Positions 61,735 to 64,000 of a stretch of DNA of 64,000 bases are shown piece after piece. The stretch covers positions 82,103,224 to 82,167,223 of the forward strand of contig NC_057719.1 of assembly GCF_004010195.1 (NCBI RefSeq), written 5' to 3'. Under the pieces are notes generated by a model. That model searched no databases. It was not told the DNA's origin and saw only the letters and a list, made by a program, of their open reading frames with translations. The position numbers were made by a program, and so were the translations under genes. Position 1 is the stretch's first letter; the number at the start of each line of letters is the position of its first letter. The stretch is from Chiloscyllium plagiosum (Eukaryota).

Positions 61735-63010
61735 ACATAGGAACTTAAGAAATTAAGAATAGGAATAAGTCATTCAGTCCCTCAAAACTGTTCTGTCATT
61801 CAACAAGATAATGACTTATCTGTCTCAATTAAAAATCACATGACACTAGGTTATAGTCCAACAGGTTTGTTTGGAAGCACTAGCTTTGAGTGCTCCGAAA
61901 GTGTGTCCTTCCAAATAAACCTGTTGAACTATAACCTGGTGTTGTGTGATTTTGTTTTTTAAACTCTGTCCAGCCCAGTCCAACACCGGCTCCTCCAAGT
62001 CACATCTATCTCCGGCCTCCTTTTGTGTGAGCTCATACCTCATCTCCCCAACATTTTAAAACTCATCTACTTTCTCTGTAAGTACTTTGTGATTTAGCCT
62101 CTACAAATCTCTGGGATAGAGAATTTTAGGCATCCGCTTCCCTCTGGGAGAAAAAAAAAATCCTTTTGCGTTTCCATTTTAAATGAGGTTTCAGCATAAC
62201 TGGGCAATGTACCCTAGTTTGAGATTTTTCCATTTGTGGTAATATCTTCTCAACATCTACCCTGTGAGGCTCCCTTCAGAATCTTGATTGTTTCAATAAG
62301 AATGTCCCTCATTCAATGGAGTTTAGAAAAATAAAGACCTAACTTGTTTCACCATTTTTGATGAACCAACCCTTAACCCCAGTAATCAGATTAGTGAATG
62401 CCTTCTGAGCTGCCTCGAATGCTGTTAAATTCTTTTTAAATACAGGGACTAAAACAGTACACTATACAGTTGATGACCTTCCCAACACCCAATGCAGTTC
62501 TCCTGACACTTGTCTATTTTTGAACTTTTTGGCAACAAAGGCCAAATTGCAATTGCCTTAATTGTAGCATGTGCATTCTCACTTGGTTCCACACATGAGC
62601 ACTGAAATCTGTGGTGCACTCCTTTGTAGCCTCTATTCAAATAATTCTACCTTTTTGTTTCTTCCTGCCAAAGTGCATGACCTTACACTTCCCTACAATA
62701 AATTTTGTTGGCCAAGTTTTTGCCCACTTGCCCAATCTATCCATTTCCCCTTTCAACATTCCTTATGTTCTCATCACAACATCCCCACCACCTATTTTCA
62801 TATGCCAATTTGGATACATTACACACTCCTTCGAGTCATTAATGTAGAAGGTAAATAATTGAGGACCGAGGACTGATCCTGTGACACTCCAGTTACAACT
62901 TTCCAACCTGAAAAAAAAGCATTAATTCTAACTCTTCAGTGTTTTAACTAAATCTCTGTTCATGTTAATACACAATCCGCAGTACCATGACCTATTTTGT
63001 GTGAATGGCA
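61735..63010 (-). mobile_element. CR1 LINE RT to 3' end, decayed, with nested PLE insert
   Basis: Reverse of 'ggagtgtcacaggatcagtcctcggtcctca' (GVxQGSVLGP); tail 'cataggaacttaagaaat'. Confidence 0.8.
61827..62003. mobile_element. Palindromic insert of the second PLE-type family
   Basis: Inverted arms 'aaaatcaca...ggttatagtccaacaggttt' / 'aaacctgttgaactataacc...tgtgatttt' centred near 61892; 8/9 TSD at 61818-61826 and 62004-62012. Confidence 0.75.
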
Positions 63011-63669
63011 CTTGCAGTTTGAAATTCTTGAGTTACTCAATCTTAGTGAAACTTTTTACAACGACTGCAACAGTTGCCAGTTGATGACTCAAAGTAGTAT
63101 TGGAGACCTTCTTCATGCCAACTGAGATTTGTTTGTATTCTGCTGACTGTCCTGAAGCAAATTTAGTGCATGAATTCAGTTATAAACACCTGACAGATAT
63201 GTTGAGTAACCTTCAACAGAATTGAGGTTTCCGTCTTGATTGAGCTGCTGTCGGTAAAGAAATGTGTGCATTTCTAAAGGATCTTCCTACAACTTCAGGA
63301 TGACCACCTATTGAATCGTAAATGTAACAAAGGAAACCTAGCAACTCCGTTAGACCAATAACTCTGACTCTGACTCTGGTGAAAATGGTACTAGCTGAAA
63401 CCAATGGTTCGTGAATAAGCTGCTGTCAGTCCAGGAACAGTCTGGAGGAAATTAAATAAATTGAGTGGCTGAGACAGTCAACTTGTTTCCAAATGCCAAA
63501 TATTCTATTTCTTCATGTGAGATCTAATTATATCAGCAAATGTTTTTACAGTTTTATTCTCTTTTTAATGGGCCAAATCATGGACTTTTGACTGAGCGGT
63601 ATAGGGATTTGGCCTGAAATCCCTGTGTCCCCAAGGTTTGGCAGAGCTGGGTCACAAAACTCTTTGTAA

Positions 63670-64000
63670 CAGAAGCCACAAGGATCGGTGGTGGGTCCAC
63701 TGATTTTTGTCATTTGTGTAAATGATTTGGATGCGAACATAGGTATAATTAGTAAGTTTGCAGATGTCACTAAAATTGGAGGTGTCGTGGACAGTGAAGA
63801 AGTTTCCCTCAGTACAATGGGATCTTGATCAAATGGGCCAATATAGCGAGGAGTGGTAGATGGACTTGTATTTAGATAATGAGGTGTTGTGTTTTGGGAA
63901 GGCAAATCAGGGCAGCACCTTTATACTAACTGGTAAGGTCCTGGGGAATGTTGCTCAACAAAGAGTTCTTGGAGTGCAGGTTCATAGATCAGGTGGTGAA
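63670..64000 (+). mobile_element. CR1 RT fragment running off the window end
   Basis: 'ccacaaggatcggtggtgggtcca' (PQGSVxGP), 'agtaagtttgcagatg' (SKFAD). Confidence 0.88.

Overview
Eukaryotic, repeat-dominated vertebrate DNA, very likely from a cartilaginous fish (shark/ray). This is inferred from abundant HE1-like V-SINEs, CR1 LINEs that share their 3' tail, and Deu-domain SINEs. No intact protein-coding gene is recognisable; nearly all listed ORFs are decayed retroelement fragments or chance frames. About 1-49.6 kb is a nested mosaic of CR1, L2, a second RT-LINE family, probable Tx1/L1 remnants, three or four SINE families and Penelope-like element (PLE) derivatives. A CpG island at ~49.7-52.45 kb carries three plus-strand splice-donor candidates, probably alternative first exons of an unidentified gene, with a candidate downstream exon at 59190-59595. 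The most notable signal is a set of short PLE-derived inserts (~85-230 bp, plus one of 881 bp) from at least three families. Most are flanked by 9-15 bp target-site duplications (TSDs) and carry minimal hammerhead ribozyme cores, and their 5' breakpoints cluster at the ribozyme core. Two long local inverted duplications are also present. All family assignments are by eye, without database searches.
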